Below, in pieces: positions 12,601 to 25,782 of a DNA stretch of 64,000 nucleotides. Made by a program: the position numbers and the translations under genes. The first letter of the stretch is position 1. Every line of letters begins with the position of its first letter. The stretch lies in the NCBI RefSeq assembly GCF_000002075.1, contig NW_004798014.1, forward strand, positions 82,076 to 146,075, given 5' to 3'. The DNA is from Aplysia californica. Lineage: Eukaryota. The notes under the pieces were generated by a model, which saw only the letters and a list, made by a program, of their open reading frames with translations, had not been told where the DNA came from and ran no database searches.

Positions 12601-15600
12601 AAAAATTTGAGGCATCGTGGTGAAATCAGATGCCCCTCAAAATAATGAAATTGAAGTTTCTGCCCATTTGGCAATTTTTATAATTTTTTGGAGGGACTCA
12701 ACACCTTTAAGGTCCATTTAAAAACACATCTCAGCGTGGATTTTACTGAAAAACATTCATTAAAAGCACCAAAGAATGTCCAGGGACTCAAGCTTTGGAA
12801 GTCACCAAATTTTGGCGGCCATTTTTTTAAAGCTTATTTTACTCCTGTAACCAGGCGACCATCACCCCCTTCAATCATAAATATTTCGACTTCTACTGAG
12901 AATAGATGGAAATATTTTTCATAGAAGGCAAGACAAATAAACAAACTTTAAGATGATGCCAATAACTCCACAGGCCCAAAAATTGACGAGCCCTTGATTC
13001 CACCATGTCATGACACAAATGATAAAATTAATAGAAGATTTTTAAAAAACGTGAACTGGTTTAATTTTTGATTTGATAAAGACTTGCACAACCTCTTGGC
13101 AAGATACAGCATAAGTATGATACCCCTAAATGTGCATCAAGTGGGCGAAGAGCTTTGAAATTTTCCCAAACAACTCAAGTTCAAGAAAGCCAAAATGAGG
13201 ATTCAAACCCAAGATGATCTGCAGCATAGCGTTGCATGACAATACACATCAGCCATCAGCATGTCCTTAAACTACAAATTTAACATTTGAAAATTTGAAG
13301 ATAAAAAAAAAAGGAGAAAATGTTTTTAAAGTCATGCTTTTCATAATTCATTATCAATCATACAAGAGATTTTCATTCTTACATTAAGGAGTAAGATGGT
13401 AGGTTAAAGGAGAAGAGACAGGCGAAAAAAAAAAAAGTCCACAGACGAGATAAGGGTAAACATGCACAAGATTAGTTTCACAGAAGATGATGAGAGGAGG
13501 GAGACTTTCTGTGGCAAAAACTTCTTGCATACAGAGCTAAAGGAGCCGAAAGAGAGACTGTAGTAAAGAGATAAGAGCGCCTAAATGCACGATGCTCGGG
13601 AGGGCCCCTTAAATGTACACAAAAAGAACGTTTGCTCGCGATAAAGCGAACGTTTGTGAAGAAAGCGCTTGCTTGGCGTTGAGGTGTACACATAGAAAGA
13701 TTGCAAATAGCGCTTGCGACTGGTCAGAACTTGGGCATTTGACGCCATGGCAGGATTTAAGGAGACGAGTGGAAGGCGAACATCACCACTTGTTTCCTGT
13801 ACTTAAAAGGAGCCCTTCACATTTTCAGTCCTACCTGAGAATGAGCGAATTATATCTTATTAAAAAATTGAACCAAAGATAACCAAGAATTGGTGCAACT
13901 GGCAGTTCTACGCTAATATCTTTCCAAGCACGTTTCACAACATTGCGGTTTGCGTAGTCTTTCCTTCTTAAGTCCCAAATTGCAAGTATTTTTAAACACG
14001 GCTGTTATCAAAGACTCGACATCAACTTCGGTCTGATTGTCACCGACACAGAGAAAATGCACACTGCATTACCCAAGTCGTGACCAGACAACAGTGGGAT
14101 GGGGGAGGGGGTGGCGGCACCAGGTACACGCTTGCAAGCGTGATTCTTTACGCTTTCCAAGCGTCGCTTGAAATCTCAGGCGTGATAAAGCGAGCATGCT
14201 TCTTGTGCATGGCAAGCTAATTTTAAACAACATTTCAAGCGCTTGTCCAAACGCGCTCGCTTTTATCGCGAGCAAGCGTTCACTTTGTGCGTACCTTGTT
14301 TACATAAACCTGTGCAAACAGAGGAAGAGACGCAATCATCTTATTTCCTTGATATCTTAGTGACCTCCCTTCGAGGTTGGTACCACCCCGACTACCTGTC
14401 ATGATCTGTTGCAACTCGGCAATTGAATGGATGACATAAGAATCAGATATTCCGAGAAACTTTTCTCTTGTGATTTGTTGAATAAGTACGTTATAATTTC
14501 TTCGAGATCAGCTGATTACTTGACAAATCTTTAATCCTATACAGGCTTATCTAGTGTTCTAGAGCATCTTAACGTGCTGTGCATCATAGGCTTAACTTAA
14601 CAATAACATTACGTATGCAGTCACTCAAACATCAGTCAGAAATATTCTCTCAAAGACGCATTTCGAGCGAATCAATCAAAAGACAGGTGACTGGAAAGTT
14701 ATCAGGTGTGAAAACGCAGCCCAGTACTCTCTTTGTACGGCATGAGGGGCAGTCTCACCAAATATCCTGTTGTCTAGACTTGTCTTATCTCACTTCAGAC
14801 GGGTCACACAACAGTTGCGTGACCCCCGCCGCGGCGCCCGCGACGGGTCTCACAAGCCCTGCGTGACCAACTTTGGAAATTTTTTTTCGCTCTACAAATC
14901 ACGCACGGATCGCGAGACCCGCCTCGTACCCTTGTTTGGCCAAGCCTGAGCTACTTAGACTTCGTTTCGTATCTCTGGGGCCGGTAGTTTTTAAGTTATT
15001 GAAGGTGAAGGACAGTGACCCCAACTGGGGTTGAACAGACCGGAACTCGCGCTTTGTTTTTTTCTATACAGCTCATAGTAATCTGACAGTCGTGTCGTAG
15101 TAACGGTCGAAGAAGTCGCATGAACAAGAATCACATAATTTCGCCGTTTTCTATACTTCTGTGCGTTTTACTAGTTCTAGTGTCTCAGAATATGATGAGT
15201 TTAATAGTTAGGATCCTGGATATGTACCCGAACACGGCCCGAGTCGTAGTTCTAGGGCTAGATCTAGCACTAGTACCGGTGTTGTTTTTCGCGCAACGAA
15301 ATCACAACGTCGTGCCGTACATCTGTCTCATGTAATTCAGTGTATGGGTCTGAATCAATGCACAGACCAGCTTTTATATTTTCACCAAACACTCGCACAT
15401 GTATACAAATCAAACCAGAACACTTTGAACTTTTATTTTTGTTGTTGCAGTGAATTTCATTCTACTTGTCACGTCTCTGGAAATTTTTCGGAAAATCAAA
15501 TTCATGCCAATTTTTAAAAAATCATACAAATTAAAGTATTAGACTTAGACAACTTTAGTTTTTTTGTATCAAATTAAGCTTGAATGTTACTTTACTGTGT

Positions 15601-18600
15601 CAAAAAATGATTACAATAGGGTAATTCTGAGAGTTGTGGTGATTTATTGAAATACCCCCAAAAACGCCAGTCTTCAACGCTTGTGACTGGTGAAAGGGCC
15701 CAGTCGCAAGTGAGTTATACAAGCTGTGCAGGTTGTAGCAAACATTTCCTCTTGTCAAGCTTTGCCTGTCGGCGAGTTTCGCGCATTTAAGCGTGCGTTT
15801 AGAGGAAGTGACAGTGCATTTATACCTCTCAATTATATAGTAAAAAACCTGTCATATGACGAAAATGTGCTTTTGAGCGGAGCGTGCCTTTGTACGGCAT
15901 GCGTTTAGGCGGAGACTACTGTACTCAGAGATAAGAGAAACCGGACAAATACTCAGAGAAAAGAGAAACAAATACTCACCTCTGTTCAGGCTCTGGCCGG
16001 GAAAAAAGGGAGAATCTCGAGTGTTCTATTTCTGAAAAATATCATAGTTCCATAGCTGACTTCACGAAAGCATGATGATAAATTTTACGATTTTCCAGCA
16101 GAAAAAAAAGGACAATCTTTAATAGCTTTGGCTCTATCCCTGGGATACTCAAAGATACCCAGAACTGAAAGGAAAGGTCACAAAAACAGACAGGATTTCT
16201 CATTTGACAGGGGCCTCTTTTTTCTTAATCTATAGGAGGAAGGGGAGGAAATGGTGGCAGGAGGAAAAGGAGGAGGAGGAAAGGATAAATTGAAGAAGAG
16301 GATGAAGAAGAAGTTTTAGTAGAGGTTTTACGGCGCTCGCAACTGCATATGGTCACATGAGCGGCAGAAGATTAGAGGAGCTACAAAAGAGTAACAAACA
16401 TAAAAAAGAAGAAGGGGAGATAAGGACGACAGATGTTTGATAGGAAAGAAGAAGCCAACCACACCAGAGCACCCGCCAACCACCCACAAGAAGAAGAAAA
16501 AGAAGAAGAAGAAGAAGAACAACAACAAGAAAAACAACAACCAACAACAAGAACAAGAAGAAAAAGAAGAAGCAGCAGCAAAAAGTTCTCTTACCCTGAT
16601 CCCACTCATCATCCACCATGTCCTCGTCAGGTCTCCGCGAATGGAAGCTCGGCAGATCTGTGCACCCTTTCAGAGGGGCCACTTTCTTGTCTTGTGCAAC
16701 GCCATGCAGAACATCTGAACCATAAAACAATACACATTTACACGAACTATTAAAAACTGGCTCTCCACACCTACGATTTCCACATCAATAGAGTTTTATT
16801 AAATCAAGCAAACCCCACAGACCTACTTCTTTTCAGTAAGAGTTTTACAGCTCTTGCAACATAATAAGTGCCAAAGATTACAAATGTTACAAAAGAGTAA
16901 CATACACACACAAAACAAAGAGGATGAGAGATATAAGGACGATAAATGTTTTGATAGGAGAGAAGGAGCAAACCACAACAGAGCACCCACCAACCACCCG
17001 CTCCACAGACCTTTGAACAGTTCCACAACTTTAACTTTAAGGACAGCCAGCCAGTAGCAGAGAGAGAAACAACACATCTCTGCACAAAAGGGGATTTAAA
17101 TGTAAAATGGGAAATGAATACATACAGTAGAATCCTGACACACTGAACTTCATAGGATCAGAAAATTTCTTCGGTGTTTAGCACAGCTGATGAAAAACAA
17201 CAAAAAAGTGGAAGCAACTCCCTTCTTACTGTTTAGATCAGCTACATGTCTTGAACAATATATTTGAGAGACATCATGATTAAAAACGAGCGCTAGTCAA
17301 AATAAATAAATCGAACAAACCTTCATTATCCCGCTAGCTTGGCAAATTTTTATCAAATTTTTGTTATTTGGATCAACACCTCTACTTTATGTCCATTTAC
17401 AAAACACATTTCTAAGTGGATTTTACTGAAAAATGTTGATTAAAGGCACACACAAAAAAAGTGAATTTTCAGTTTCCAAGGACTCAAACTTTGGAAGTCA
17501 CTGAACTTTGGCAGCAATTTTTTTGGGCTAATTTTACCTCTGAAACCAAGTGACCCGCATCTCCTTCAATCGCAAATATCTCAACTTCTATTCAAGTTAG
17601 ATGGATATTTTCCCCCATCAAAAGCAAGACAAATGAACAAACTTTAAGATGTTACCAATAACTCAATATACCCAAAAATTGATGAGTGCCTGATTCTACT
17701 GTTGCGACACATTTTACTTTAGTCATTAATAATACATGTAGAACTGCCAACCTTTAGAAACTGGAAAGAAAGGGAAGCCTCATTTTCACTTCAAATACAT
17801 AAAAACTAAGATAGACTAATAACTTTGGAAAGAAAGACAGAACCCCACTCCAAAAAAACCCAAACAAACCTTATTAAATTACAGCCAGATAGCCTTAAGG
17901 ACAGACAAACAGGAAACTAGAAAGATAGAACGGCCCAATGACGTTTAGATAGCTGTAGTACTGGATCGATAACAACAACAGATAGCTGTAGAAAGCCAAA
18001 GAGGCAGACAGGCATGCAGACAGACAGACAGACAGACAGAGATCATTGCTAGACAGATAGACAGGCACGAACAGACTACTGCTAGATAGACAGACAGACA
18101 GAGACCACTGCTAGACAGACAGACAGACAAAACTCACTCAAAGATATTTCTCTCTCCAGCAGCGACCTGTTTGGGCAGTGCAACATGTGGTACCGCAGCT
18201 CCTCTTTCCTCACTTCGTGCACTGCGTTGAACGGACAGACGACCAGCTCCATGTTAGGGTGATTCTGGAAGAAAATTCAACTTAGGACTAAGCACATCAC
18301 TTTTCACTCTTCAATGGGGAAAAAAATGGTGAAATGGTAAACTACCAACGCTATAAGTATATTTAAGAGTCCATCTCTGAAAGGACCAGGCTGAGGCTCT
18401 AACCCCCGAACCTCTTCATTTTTGGGAATGGGTACCCTGGTTATCGACAGTGAAACATCTTGTCAGTTTGTTCCTGCTCAAGTGCACTGTATGCTGGGGG
18501 AATGATAGTACAGTCGAACCTGCCCAGACGGCCACCTCTATAAGACGGTCACCTGTACAAACGGACACTTTCCATTTCCCCCCTTGCATTTTTTCTATAT

Positions 18601-20729
18601 AATTTAACTGTGTAAAACGGGCACCTGTCCAACGCGGCCGCGGCCACCATATTTCAACACACAGCCCCTATCACACAAAGCAATAACACCTGTCATAGAC
18701 GGCCATCTTAGTGACTCCATTACGCTTTATCATAAATCAAGCATTGGCCCCTGGCGTTGTGGACGAGCCATCATAATTTAAAAACCTATCGTTGTTAGGT
18801 AGTCCCTCCAACTGATCATGTTGCGTAGGCCCCTCCCACTGTTGACCAGTAGGAAACAAAATGAATTTTCAGCTGCTGGGGAGGGAAGCGTGTGATCCCT
18901 CATAACCCATAAGCCCCGCCCAGAATCCATACACAAATTATCGCAAGTGAGATGAGTGGTCACTGTTTACCCAGTCTGTAACAAAGTAACAATGGACGTC
19001 AGCATGAACTTGAGACAGAAGCGTTGCTTGTTCTCCGATTGGTAGTACGTGTGTTTGTTTTACCATAGCACTTGGTCCTCCTTGTTTGACACATTTCGCG
19101 TCGTTTTATTGTCACCCGTACACAAAAGCAGCAACAAAAGAAAAGAAAACCCAGCGAAAACAACAATAACAATGTAACTACCTTCGGTTGGGACCTCAGA
19201 AAGGGAGGGTTTGTTTTCTCAAAAAGGAATGGTTTGTTTTCTTCTTCTTGATCAGTCCTGCCTAAGACGGCCACCTGTCTTATACGGCCATTTTCTCCTT
19301 GACAAAGGGTGGCCGTCTTACATAGGTTCGACTGTACGTCGTAAAGGGGATAGAGTATGATGTTGACCTTGGCTATGCTGCATGCACTAAATAAATTCAG
19401 TCACTATCCTCATTATTATTACAGTCCGTGCCGGCTATAAGCACGCCGGCTTATAGCACGTTTCGGACTCAAGCACGCTAAACGGCTCTTACCGAATTTT
19501 TGCTATATAAATTACACGCCTTTAAGCACGGTAACTTCTGCTTCAAGCACGCTTCATTTACAAGACAGTCAATACTTTTATGATGACCCCTCGAAGTTCG
19601 AACACAGCAGTGGAGTGTGTTAAGAGAAACACAGAGAATGCAAGTGATGGAGACACACACTCACACGGGCGGAGAGGAAGGCAGAGAGATGCATACAGCC
19701 GCGCGCGTGGACATAGAATCTAGTCTAGGGCAAAGTTACTTTAGTTACACACAGACTAAAAAATACAAAGAGAATCAGGGAGACGAGAAAGGGCGGCTGG
19801 CTGCAATTTCACCTTTGACCCTCGTTATCCATTAATCCTGACTTTTGCGGGACCGCTATAGGCCTACTTACAAACAAATGGAAATAGCACTGGAAATTTT
19901 CTACCTGAAAATCTCTGGATTATGTCTACTTCGCACTCAAGCACGCTTCGGATTTAAGCAAAGGACTTCTCGGGCATGGCGCAGTTCTAGAACATTTGGT
20001 TTCTGACCTCATGGTCTTAGCAATTCTTAAACTGCTGAAAATGTCAGATAGAACTTTGTAATTCTAAGGTAGTGACTGGTGACCAACTGAATGTGGCTTT
20101 CTTCTTGTGTGAGAACTTTGAGAAGTAGCAAATGATGAAATGATCATTTAGCTGGCAAAGAAAAAATAGCTTGACTAAAGGCGTTTATTTTTACATCTGT
20201 ATGCACAGGTTTTATGCCCCAACTAAAACTTACAGAATATTTAAAAGGTGGGGCCTCTGAATTGAATGTCTATCTCCAAAAGGACAGAGCCAAATGGGTT
20301 GAGAAAGTGGAAAACTCAACAAAATTATCCAAATTTAAGAATGCCCAGTTAGAAATCCGAACCAGGGCCAGGCAGTATAGGTATGGGTACTAAGCACTTG
20401 AAAAGGAAAATAAGACAAGGAAAAAGAAAAAAAGTTTGACAAACTGTACTCCATCATGACCAAAACTTCCAATTCTTGCACAAACAGAAAAACCGAACAT
20501 CCACAGAATCATGATAAAGCACACATGCAAGAACCCAGGATCAAGCAGACAAGCACAAGCTCAGTGGTGCTTGAACTGATAACAACAAACAACCAGTCCC
20601 ACTCTAAAGCCAAAGGAAGTAAGAACATTAGGGAGTAAATCTAACCTTTCTGCACTTCAGAAGATGTCCAGGCATGCGTAGCGGGTGAATTATATGTGTT
20701 TCGTCATAAGGGCATTCAACATAATCCAT
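9644..20729 (-). CDS. GTSF1: Gametocyte-specific factor 1 homologue (two CHHC U11-48K-type zinc fingers; piRNA/PIWI cofactor), 7 coding exons, about 252 aa
   Basis: Phase-consistent GT-AG exons: 20729-20646 (MDYVECPYDETHIIHPLRMPGHLLKCRK), 18264-18138 (NHPNMELVVCPFNAVHEVRKEELRYHMLHCPNRSLLEREISL), 16714-16595 (VLHG...LKGCTDLPSFHSRRPDEDMVDDEWDQ), 16031-15980, 12572-12364 (...LVLGRGRARTT), 11174-11042 (...YPTLARG) and 9677-9644 (RAMLFQKESSS*). Total 759 nt. Both fingers fit C-x5-H-x9-H-x3-C. The first three exons are high confidence; the last four rest on splice sites and phase only. Confidence 0.88.
10290..10436 (+). mobile_element. RTE-like LINE 3' end with (GAT)n tail
   Basis: Degenerate W-x-E-V-E-K-I-A-x-N-R-D-K-W coding remnant followed by a (GAT)n tail. 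A similar RGRP-containing remnant lies at about 9910-10075. Confidence 0.55.
10497..10843 (-). mobile_element. tRNA-derived SINE
   Basis: Minus strand has box A (GGTAGCTTAGTGGTTAG) and box B (GGTTCAAATCC), then GTGTCCTTGGGAAAGGCACTTTAC, a 3' GTAAAGCGC motif and a (TTA)n tail. A 3' fragment of the same family lies at about 49190-49245. Confidence 0.8.
11610..12282. mobile_element. piggyBac-type non-autonomous element
   Basis: TTAA at 11606-11609 and 12283-12286; perfect TIR CACATTACACCC / GGGTGTAATGTG. Confidence 0.8.
12605..13020. mobile_element. MITE family (about 420-440 bp), copy 1
   Basis: Homologous to 62429-62871 in both TIRs and the internal blocks aatatctcgacttc...agatggatatttt and aaacaaactttaagatg. 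Other copies at about 17390-17712 and 24818-25170. Confidence 0.8.
13610..14297. mobile_element. MITE with about 55-bp imperfect TIRs (PIF/Harbinger-like)
   Basis: gtacacaaaaagaacgtttgctcgcgataaagcgaacg at the left; cgctcgcttttatcgcgagcaagcgttcactttgtgcgtac at the right. The superfamily is tentative. Confidence 0.7.
16488..16580. repeat. (GAA)n/(CAA)n microsatellite
   Basis: Visible trinucleotide runs; these generate the spurious poly-E/K/F ORFs. Confidence 0.95.
17950..18130. repeat. Degenerate (AGAC)n microsatellite
   Basis: Tetranucleotide runs abutting the donor of GTSF1 coding exon 2. Confidence 0.9.
18511..19334. mobile_element. Tc1/pogo-type non-autonomous DNA transposon
   Basis: TA-CAGTCGAACCT...AGGTTCGACTG-TA, with subterminal repeats of gacggccacct. 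Confidence 0.85.
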
Positions 20730-21829
20730 CCTGTCTGTTTCAGCGAAGGAGAACAGGAGCCAAAACAAGAATCTGCAAAAATATTTTTACAAAGCACAAA
20801 TGTCACAAGCTCAGTTTGCAGAAGTTCTCTTTAACAGGAGTATGTGAGAAAATGGCCATATTTCATAAGTGCACATCAGATACAGCAGAAGAATCACAAC
20901 TTAATTAAGAAAGTTCCGATTGGGGTCAAAATTATCGATTTTGAGAGGTGGGCATTTCTGACTTCTTCAGCCTCTCTTGCAACTATTTCATCGCACAAGA
21001 GCCCCGTACACTTTTATTTTGTCACCTAACAGGCATTTTAGCCATCCTCCTAAAGTTCCTCTTCTTTTTCCCTTTTATTGTCCATTTTCTCACAAAAAAT
21101 TTCTCTCTATATTTAAAAAAATATAACTCCGCCATTTTTAATCAAATCTTCATGAAATTTTCACAGAATGCACAGAAAATGTAACACTATAAAATTATTG
21201 AATTAAAATAACAAATTGAATAGATTTTTGGTAGTGGTGTCTGGACGCCACATTTTTGCATCCTTGAATACAACCTCAAGATAAAAATTCATTAAAAGTT
21301 TATAATTCGTTTAGGAAAAAATTCAACAGATAAGTTTGTAGAACTTTTGTGTCTTAACATGCACGCATGAAAAAACACAACAAAACAACAACAAAAACCC
21401 CCAACCTATTTTCATTGAAAATAAATGAGATATTAAGACACATCAACAGAATCCAATATGACCTCTGTTTTCATAGCCATGAAATTTTTTCCCTAAAACT
21501 TTATTGCGTATTTGAAGGATCCACACTATAGCAAGATAACCAGAATCCCCCCCCCCTCTCCATCCTCTTAATGATAAACACATATTTTAAATATGCTCTT
21601 CATTTGAGTCAACAATTTGAAGCTGTTATCACAAGCCTTGTGTGCTGACATCACTTATTCAGTAGATAGGAAAAATAATTTGACCTTGGGACTGCCCTGA
21701 CTGATAAGATACAGTAGTATAATAAGTTATTATGACGATAGGAGTTGAGAAAATGGCACTTCATTAACTGCATTTACACAATCTCCAAGTCATAACAGCT
21801 CAAAGTACGACATACTTTGAGTACGGGTA

Positions 21830-22067
21830 CTTGCCATGTGGGTAAAATGTTTGCCAAGATACTGGAAATGAGAATGAGACCAATTGTAGAGACTCAACTC
21901 GTTGAATCCCAGTTTGGCTTCAGAAAAGGCAGGGGCTGTCCTGATGCTATTTTTACATTAAGACAGTTATGTGAGACTGTCATTGCACATGACAAAGACC
22001 TCAATGTCATCTTCGTGGATCAGGAAAAGGTGTCGTCTTCGTGGATCAGGAAAAGGTGTTTGACCGG
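21830..22067 (+). mobile_element. Non-LTR retrotransposon (RTE-like) reverse transcriptase fragment
   Basis: CHVGKMFAKILEMRMRPIVETQLVESQFGFRKGRGCPDAIFTLRQL...VIFVDQEKVFD matches the QxGFR and FVDxxKAFD RT motifs. It is interrupted by a 26-bp tandem duplication (22006-22057) and runs into an N-gap. Confidence 0.9.
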
Positions 22068-23920
22068 NNNNNNNNNNNNNNNNNNNNNNNNNNNNNNNNN
22101 NNNNNNNNNNNNNNNNNNNNNNNNNNNNNNNNNNNNNNNNNNNNNNNNNNNNNNNNNNNNNNNNNNNNNNNNNNNNNNNNNNNNNNNNNNNNNNNNNNNN
22201 NNNNNNNNNNNNNNNNNNNNNNNNNNNNNNNNNNNNNNTAAGTAGTAAAGTAAGTTGAAAAAAGAAGGGTGAGGGCGGAAAGAATCTAATAGGGGTGTGA
22301 GGGAACAGAAAACATCGAGTCTGAAACAGACAAAGAAATACACAGACAAGAGAAAAACTGTTCAGAATGGATTGAACGAAAGAGGATAAAAAGAAAAAAA
22401 AAGTAAGAAAATTATGAAAGAACAAGTGTAAAAGTAACAAGCACAAATGCCGTTTAGACTTCAGGTATTTTTATTTTTACTGATCCTTGTACAATAAAAA
22501 AACACTCCAAACAAAACAAAAACAAAAACACCTTACCTAAGCTCATTTTAGGACGAGACACTTGGTCCCCGAAATGGAAACAAATGTGAGTAGAAATATT
22601 CTCAGAAGAATGAAAAGAACCTGTCACCATCAAACAACACTCCAGAATGTGTCCTTCAAGTTTAGAAATAAAATAAACTATATCATAGGGATGGCTGAAA
22701 TCCTTGAAAAAATTTAGGAGTGCATTTCAAAGAAAAGACTTAAAAAGTACACTAAAAATGTTTTCTTAAAGCTATAGGCCTATATATATATAAATATATA
22801 TTTTAAAAAAAAAGCATTGTATACCCTGTGACAGAAGGCTCACACAACTTTACAAATGAAAAATTTTTTTTTTGGCAAGCCAGTTCATTCCGATTGCATC
22901 ATTTTAGTCACCCAAAGGACATGCTTCTGATTTATATCACCAGGTAACATTTCACGATACAAAAACTGAAGGGGAGGATACCAATTTAAAAACAAAATAC
23001 TGGTAAAAATACAGTTTACCTTTTTTTTTCTTTTCAAATGATGATACAGGACAACGGTTTTTAGACAGAGGAGAAAAAGTAAAACCAGCATAATTTTAAT
23101 TAATGCATTAATTTGGATTTTTTGTGCACATGAAAAAATTCAGATATCATGAGTTATAATTAAGGGTTCACAAAAAAGACAATCACAGTTGATTCTTACA
23201 AACAGAAGGTATTTGGGACAAAATTATTGCACATTTATTGTATTTCAATTTGAAACAGCATAAAAAAATATATAATTCTACTTCGAGAACACCCCCCCCC
23301 CCCAAAAAAAAGGACTACAAACAAAGCAGACAAATTTCAGCAATTAACAACATTATATATATATATATACTAGGTGAACCTATTCTAGCAACCATTGACC
23401 AAGATTACTATGTGTACAAAAAGACTACTTCCTTGTTTCATCCTTGTGTTTCTTTATGCATGACACTATCTCAGATGACCAGCTCCCCGAAGCAACCACG
23501 ATTGCTATATCTTATCAATTATCAACCCTAAAGTCCTCAAACCTGTCCAATATGACCATGCAAATTTCTCAATACCTGACACATTGCCTTAAATTACTGT
23601 CCCAAATGCTGTAAATGAGCCACCAAAATCCATGAATCTATCTTTCTAGTTTCCATTACAAAAAGACCATTAAAAAAAATGACAATACTATACACAAAAG
23701 AGACATTTTAATGTAGAAGTAAAATAAAATACAACTTTATAATCACTTTCAAATAACAATATGAAAAAAAACCCAACCTCGTCAAGCTTGATGAGTTCAT
23801 GCGTGCTGCATGGACAAAAATCAAGAAGAACCTGACAAATAAAGAATTTGCCTTCTCACAAGATTTAATTAACACGAAGGCAGTGTACAATGATACATGT
23901 CATAGCAGGTTTGTAGTACA

Positions 23921-24742
23921 CAGTAGTCACCGCCTAATACCCTGGTGATCGGGAGTAAGGCTTAACCCACAACCAGTAAAATGTTCTCCATCCACTCTAA
24001 AATGAACTGATGTGACCCGTGGGTGGGTTCATGAATCAAGCGAAGAGTGGTCAACCTTGATGACTAAACACAGTGGCATGAGGCATGCCATTTACACTTA
24101 TTAAATCCTATCGTGAGTCTCATGATCTATGCTTATCCAGTTGCCCATTTTTCCATCTCTGACCCACTTCCCCCTCTTTTGTCGTTATGCACCATTACGT
24201 TGTGACCACACCAGTTAAAATTCAGCCTGTCTCGCAAATTTGGGAGTAGAGAAAACTCTGCTGCAATGGTCAGGGATGAGTTCACAGTTCGATGTGATCA
24301 CGCCTGGAACTAACTTGTAGGCCCTACCCACCCAGCGAGTGATGTAAGTTTAGGTAGAGAACTCAGATGCGAGTGTAAAGTGCAACGTGGGAAAAACAAA
24401 TGCGTCATCAATCAGCTCACACCTCAGTCTGATCGCGTTTAGGGCAAGCATTGTACCGATTCATTGAGTTTTACACTGCCTGTGATCCCATTCATGAGAG
24501 TGGTTGATCTTTTAAGCGACGGGCGGTTCAATGATCTCAAATTTTCACTCTTAGTTGTTTGGCTATGCCTGTCTGAGTTTTTGTTCCGTAAATTATTATC
24601 TGAAATGTAGAACTTCAGAGTGAATCAGAGCGGGATCTTAGGGGTGGCTTTTGTATAGCAAAAATTCTATTTTCTTAAAAAACAGTGGGATTGTAAGCGA
24701 ACTGGGATCGTAAGAGGTGAGATCTTAGGCAGAGACAACTGT
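23921..24742. mobile_element. Degenerate Tc1/pogo-type MITE
   Basis: cagtagtcaccgcctaa at the left; ttaggcagagacaactg-ta at the right; repeated gggatcNtaag/ttag subterminal motifs. Confidence 0.6.
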
Positions 24743-25782
24743 AATACAAGTTATATAAAAATTTAGATTAAAATTCAATAAAACACACAAAATTAAAAAA
24801 ACAAAAAAACAAAACATATTTGTGCTGAATCATGCTGAAAATCAGGTGCTCGTCAAAAAAGTAAAATCCAAGAAACCCAACATTTTTCCACCCAAAAGGC
24901 AATTTTAATTATATTTTATTTATTTTATTTTTTTTGCTTTTGGCTTGACGCATTTATTGTCCATTTAAAAACACATTCCTAGGAGTGTGGATTTATAAAT
25001 ATTTTGATCAAAATCACGTTAAAAGTAAATTTGCATTCAACTTCTATTTAAGATAGATGGGCATTTTTTTCTCCATCAAAGGCAAGATAAATAAACAAAC
25101 TTTCAGTAGTTATACCAATGTATATAACTTCATATGCCCAAAGAGCACATAATTCCAGTTATCGTATACAATTTTTTAAAACAAACAATAGAAAAAGCTA
25201 AATTTTTGACAGCTTGATTGTTATAGTCGTTGAATCACAGAGTGAGCAAGCAATATGAATGTGCTGTTTCATGAGTTTCAACTATAAACAGCAACCAGCT
25301 ATTTTTTGTTTAAATCAATGCTTATCACATTCAACACATTGGTGTTTTCCACCCCTCTTCAAACGCCAGTAATAGAATAACAGGGTATAAAAATTTTGCA
25401 GGAAAAAGGTGCAGGATCAAAAACACAAGATTCGCCTTTAGAAGTGCAACAGGGTGATCAATATAGACCTACTCATATGCTGAGGAAGTGAAAGCACCAA
25501 GAAAAAGACTTTAACTTCAACACTATAATTAAGTGTAAGATACAGAGGAGTTTCTTCTGTTTTTGTGATCAGACAAAAGTCCAGCGTTCTAGAGTTGTTA
25601 TTAAACAAAGTATCTTTTTATCATAATCACAAGTAAAGAGTGCAAATCATGCATATATATATGGTTAAAAAGCTTTGGCAACAAATAGTAAAAATCAAAT
25701 CAACAAGAATTTGGAATACAAATCAAAGATAAAAAAATCACTTCCAAGCTACAATGATAATAGCGGATTAGCATAAGTTTCC

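Noticed and set aside
16328-16753. Cluster of poly-E/K/F/S ORFs
   Set aside because: Produced by the (GAA)/(CAA) microsatellite; only 16595-16714 is a real exon.
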